A DNA stretch of 62,435 nt, the filler included, from Thermodesulfobacteriota bacterium (lineage in GTDB: Bacteria; DASVDK01): the NCBI GenBank assembly GCA_036381125.1. It is 8 parts of 8 records of this genome, joined end to end, with 100 filler letters (N's around TTAATTAATTAA, not from the genome) between each part and the next. Parts side by side here need not be neighbours in the genome. Positions count along the whole stretch, not along the records: positions 59,633 to 62,435 come from DASVDK010000228.1; 7 more parts are not named here. One strand, given 5' to 3'. Both the position numbers and the translations under genes were made by a program. Within the stretch, counting starts at the first letter, position 1. The number at the start of each line of letters is the position of its first letter. This document shows, one piece after another, positions 59,734 to 62,435 of the stretch. The notes under the pieces were generated by a model. The model ran no database searches and had not been told where the DNA came from. It saw only the letters and a list, made by a program, of their open reading frames with translations.

Positions 59734-62435
59734 TCAGGCCTTCTCGATCCTCACGGCGCAGACCTTGAACTCCGGAATCTTCCCGAACGGGTCGAGGGCG
59801 TCGTTCGTCAGGACGTTGGCCGCCGCCTCGTGGAAGTGGAAGGGGATGAAGACGCTGCCCGGTGCGACGCGGCCGGACGCCTCGGCCCGGAGGGTGATCG
59901 TGCCGCGGCGCGACGTGACCCGCAGCATCTCGCCGTCGCGCGCGCCGATGCGCGCGAGGTCCTCGGCCGCGATCTCCACCCAGGGCGACGGCTCGCGGGC
60001 GTCGAGCACCCGCGACCGGCGCGTCATCGTCCCGGTGTGCCAGTGCTCGAGGAGCCGCCCGGTGTTGAGCACGAAGCGGAAGTCGGCGTCGGGCGTCTCG
60101 CGCGCCGGCTCCCACTCGGCCGGCACGAAGCGCCCGCGGCCGGTCGGGAAGTCGCGGTCGAAGAGGACGGTCGTGCCGGGGTGGCCCGGCTCCGGGACCG
60201 GATAGGTGACCGCCTCGCGGGCGAGGCGGTCGTAGGTGAGGCCGGCGATCGACGGCGACACGGCGCAGAGTTCGCGGAAGACCGCCTCGGGGGAGTCGTA
60301 GCGCATCGGGAAGCCGAAGCGGTTCGCCATCTCGATGATGATCGCCCAGTCGGGCCGCGCCTCGCCCGGCGGCGCGACCGCCGCGCGCGTGAGCTGCACG
60401 CGGCGGTCGGTGTTGGTGAAGGTGCCGGTCTTCTCGGCCGCCGCGGCGCCCGGCAGCACCACGTCCGCGTAGCCGGCCGTCTCCGTCAGGAAGATGTCCT
60501 GGACGACCAGCCAGTCGAGCCGCGCGAGCGCCCGCTTGACCTTGTTCACGTTCGGATCGGAGAGGAACGGGTTCTCGCCGAGCACGTACATGCCGCGGAT
60601 GCGCCCCTCGAGCGCCGCCGACGTGATCTCGACGACCGTCAGCCCCGGCGTCGGGTCGAGCGCGACTCCCCACGCCGCCTCGAACCGCGCCCGGGCGGCC
60701 GCGTCCTTCACCGGCTGGTAGTCGGGGAACACCATCGGGATCAGCCCCGCGTCGGACGCGCCCTGCACGTTGTTCTGCCCGCGCAGCGGGTGAAGCCCGG
60801 TCCCCGGCCGACCCACCTGGCCGGTCAGGAGCGCCAGCGAGATCAGGCAGCGCGCGTTGTCGGTGCCGGTCGTGTGCTGGCTGATCCCCATGCCCCAGAA
60901 GATCATGACGTTCTTCGCCCGGCCGACGGCGCGGCCGACGGCCCGCACCGTCTCGGCCGGCACGCCCGTGATCCCGGCAACCACCTCGGGCGGGTAGCGC
61001 CGCACCGTCTCGGCCAGCGCCTCGAAGCCCGTGGTTCGCGTCCGGACGAAGTCGAGGTCGGCCAGCCCCTCCTCGAGGATCACGTGCATCAGGCCGTTCA
61101 GGAACGCCACGTCGGTGCCGGAGCGGAACTGCACCGCGTGCGTCGCGTGCCGCATGAGCCCGGTGCGCCGGACGTCGACCACGATCAGCGTGAGGCCCCG
61201 CCGGGCCGCCTGCTTGATGAACGTGGCCGCGACCGGATGGTTCTCGGTCGGGTTGGCGCCGATGACGAGCGCGCAATCGGCGTGCTCGACGTCGCGGACG
61301 ATGTCGGTCACCGCGCCCGACCCGATCGTCTCGAGGAGCGCCGCCACGGAGGAGGCGTGGCAGAGGCGGGTGCAGTGGTCGACGTTGTTGGTCCCCCACC
61401 CCGCGCGCACGAGCTTCTGGAAGAGGTAGGCCTCCTCGTTCGTGCACTTGGCCGAGCCGAAGCCGGCCAGCGCCGACGGGCCGTACGCGTCGCGGATCTC
61501 CCGCAGCCGGCGGGCCGCGAGGTCGAGCGCCTCGTCCCAGGTCGCCTCGCGGAAGAGCGAGCGGCGGTCGGCCGGCAGGTCGGGCGTCTTCGGCGCGTCC
61601 TCGCGCCGGATCAGGGGGACCGTGAGCCGATCCGGGTGCTGCGCGTAGTCGAACCCGTAGCGCCCCTTGACGCAGAGGCGCCCCAGGTTGGCCGGCCCGT
61701 CGGCCTTCCCCTGCACGCGGACGATGGTGTTGCCCTTCGTCTCGTACGTGATCTGGCAGCCGACGCCGCAGTAGGGGCAGACCGCGTCGGTCTTCGTCGT
61801 CCCGCGGAAGTCGAGCCCCGTGAGCGGCCGATCGACGAGCGCCCCGGTCGGGCAGGCGGCCGCGCACTCGCCGCACGCCACGCAGGACGACGCCCCCATG
61901 GGCCGGTCGTCGTCGAACACGATCCGCGTGCGGCCGCCCTTGCCCCCCCGGTGGATGACGAGGTTCACCTGCACGTCGTCGCAGGCGCGGATGCAGCGGT
62001 CGCAGAGGATGCAGGCGCCGTGATCCACCATGATCATCGGCGCCGAGTCGTCGAGCCGTCGCGGCGGCTCGGGCCGCGGCGCGAAGCGGGGCGGCGCCGG
62101 CTCGGCCGCGGCCGCGCCGTGGCCGTTGCGCGGCCCGTAGCGCCGGTAGTAGGCCTCCAGCTCGCAGTCGCCCGAGAGGCGCTCGCGCGCGCAGGGGGTC
62201 TCGTGGTCGGCCATGAGCAGCTCGCCGAGCGTCGCGCGCGCGGTCCGCACGGCCGGCGTGTCGGTCCGCACCACCTGGCCGGCCTGGGCCTTCTGGACGC
62301 AGGCCGGCGCGAGGACGCGGGCCCCCTCGACCTCCACCACGCAGACGCGGCAGACGCCGACCGGGTCGAGCCCCGGCCTGTGGCAGAGGACCGGCACCGT
62401 CCCGCCGGCGGCCTGCACCGCCTCGAGGAGCGTGG
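59734..62435 (-). CDS. fdhF: Formate dehydrogenase alpha subunit (Mo/W-bisPGD, N-terminal Fe-S domains), Cys form; start lies beyond window end
   Basis: CRVC; CILCDRCIRAC; CVACGECAAACP; CPYCGVGC; DHCTRLCH; LRGQNNVQG; PEFKVCAV. Confidence 0.92.
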   Translation of the reverse strand, partial: TLLEAVQAAGGTVPVLCHRPGLDPVGVCRVCVVEVEGARVLAPACVQKAQAGQVVRTDTPAVRTARATLGELLMADHETPCARERLSGDCELEAYYRRYGPRNGHGAAAAEPAPPRFAPRPEPPRRLDDSAPMIMVDHGACILCDRCIRACDDVQVNLVIHRGGKGGRTRIVFDDDRPMGASSCVACGECAAACPTGALVDRPLTGLDFRGTTKTDAVCPYCGVGCQITYETKGNTIVRVQGKADGPANLGRLCVKGRYGFDYAQHPDRLTVPLIRREDAPKTPDLPADRRSLFREATWDEALDLAARRLREIRDAYGPSALAGFGSAKCTNEEAYLFQKLVRAGWGTNNVDHCTRLCHASSVAALLETIGSGAVTDIVRDVEHADCALVIGANPTENHPVAATFIKQAARRGLTLIVVDVRRTGLMRHATHAVQFRSGTDVAFLNGLMHVILEEGLADLDFVRTRTTGFEALAETVRRYPPEVVAGITGVPAETVRAVGRAVGRAKNVMIFWGMGISQHTTGTDNARCLISLALLTGQVGRPGTGLHPLRGQNNVQGASDAGLIPMVFPDYQPVKDAAARARFEAAWGVALDPTPGLTVVEITSAALEGRIRGMYVLGENPFLSDPNVNKVKRALARLDWLVVQDIFLTETAGYADVVLPGAAAAEKTGTFTNTDRRVQLTRAAVAPPGEARPDWAIIIEMANRFGFPMRYDSPEAVFRELCAVSPSIAGLTYDRLAREAVTYPVPEPGHPGTTVLFDRDFPTGRGRFVPAEWEPARETPDADFRFVLNTGRLLEHWHTGTMTRRSRVLDAREPSPWVEIAAEDLARIGARDGEMLRVTSRRGTITLRAEASGRVAPGSVFIPFHFHEAAANVLTNDALDPFGKIPEFKVCAVRIEKA

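Overview
The window is not one continuous locus. It is eight contigs of a very GC-rich bacterial (meta)genome assembly, joined by artificial N44-TTAATTAATTAA-N44 linkers. The contigs are 1-9275, 9376-23276, 23377-42476, 42577-48002, 48103-52534, 52635-56931, 57032-59532 and 59633-62435. Most content is metabolic and transport genes: a radical SAM protein, LIV-type, sugar and MacB-type ABC systems, CoA-transferase/crotonase clusters, CBS and CGL, PRK, Ald, TldD/PmbA and formate dehydrogenase, plus tRNA-His(GTG) and tRNA-Arg(TCG). The strongest signal is a hidden tandem selenoprotein operon at 11132-13137 that the ORF track splits. It encodes an AhpE-type peroxiredoxin with UGA at the peroxidatic Cys position (FTPV-U) and no Cys anywhere else. 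Next is an orphan PrdB-like protein with UGA in a TAG-U-PLC (UxxC) motif. Each has a candidate SECIS hairpin, and a SAM methyltransferase follows. Other highlights are a ~135-bp modular three-hairpin repeat with covarying stems on two contigs, a GGGGTCAG-type tandem repeat, and an island of three internally deleted transposases (IS630, IS5, RAYT-like) around a DHFR-family gene. There is also a catabolic cluster whose four crotonases lack the canonical catalytic Glu pair, two sigma-54 promoters on dispersed chemosensory genes, and recurrent leaderless promoter architecture. All family assignments are from motif recognition by eye, not database searches.
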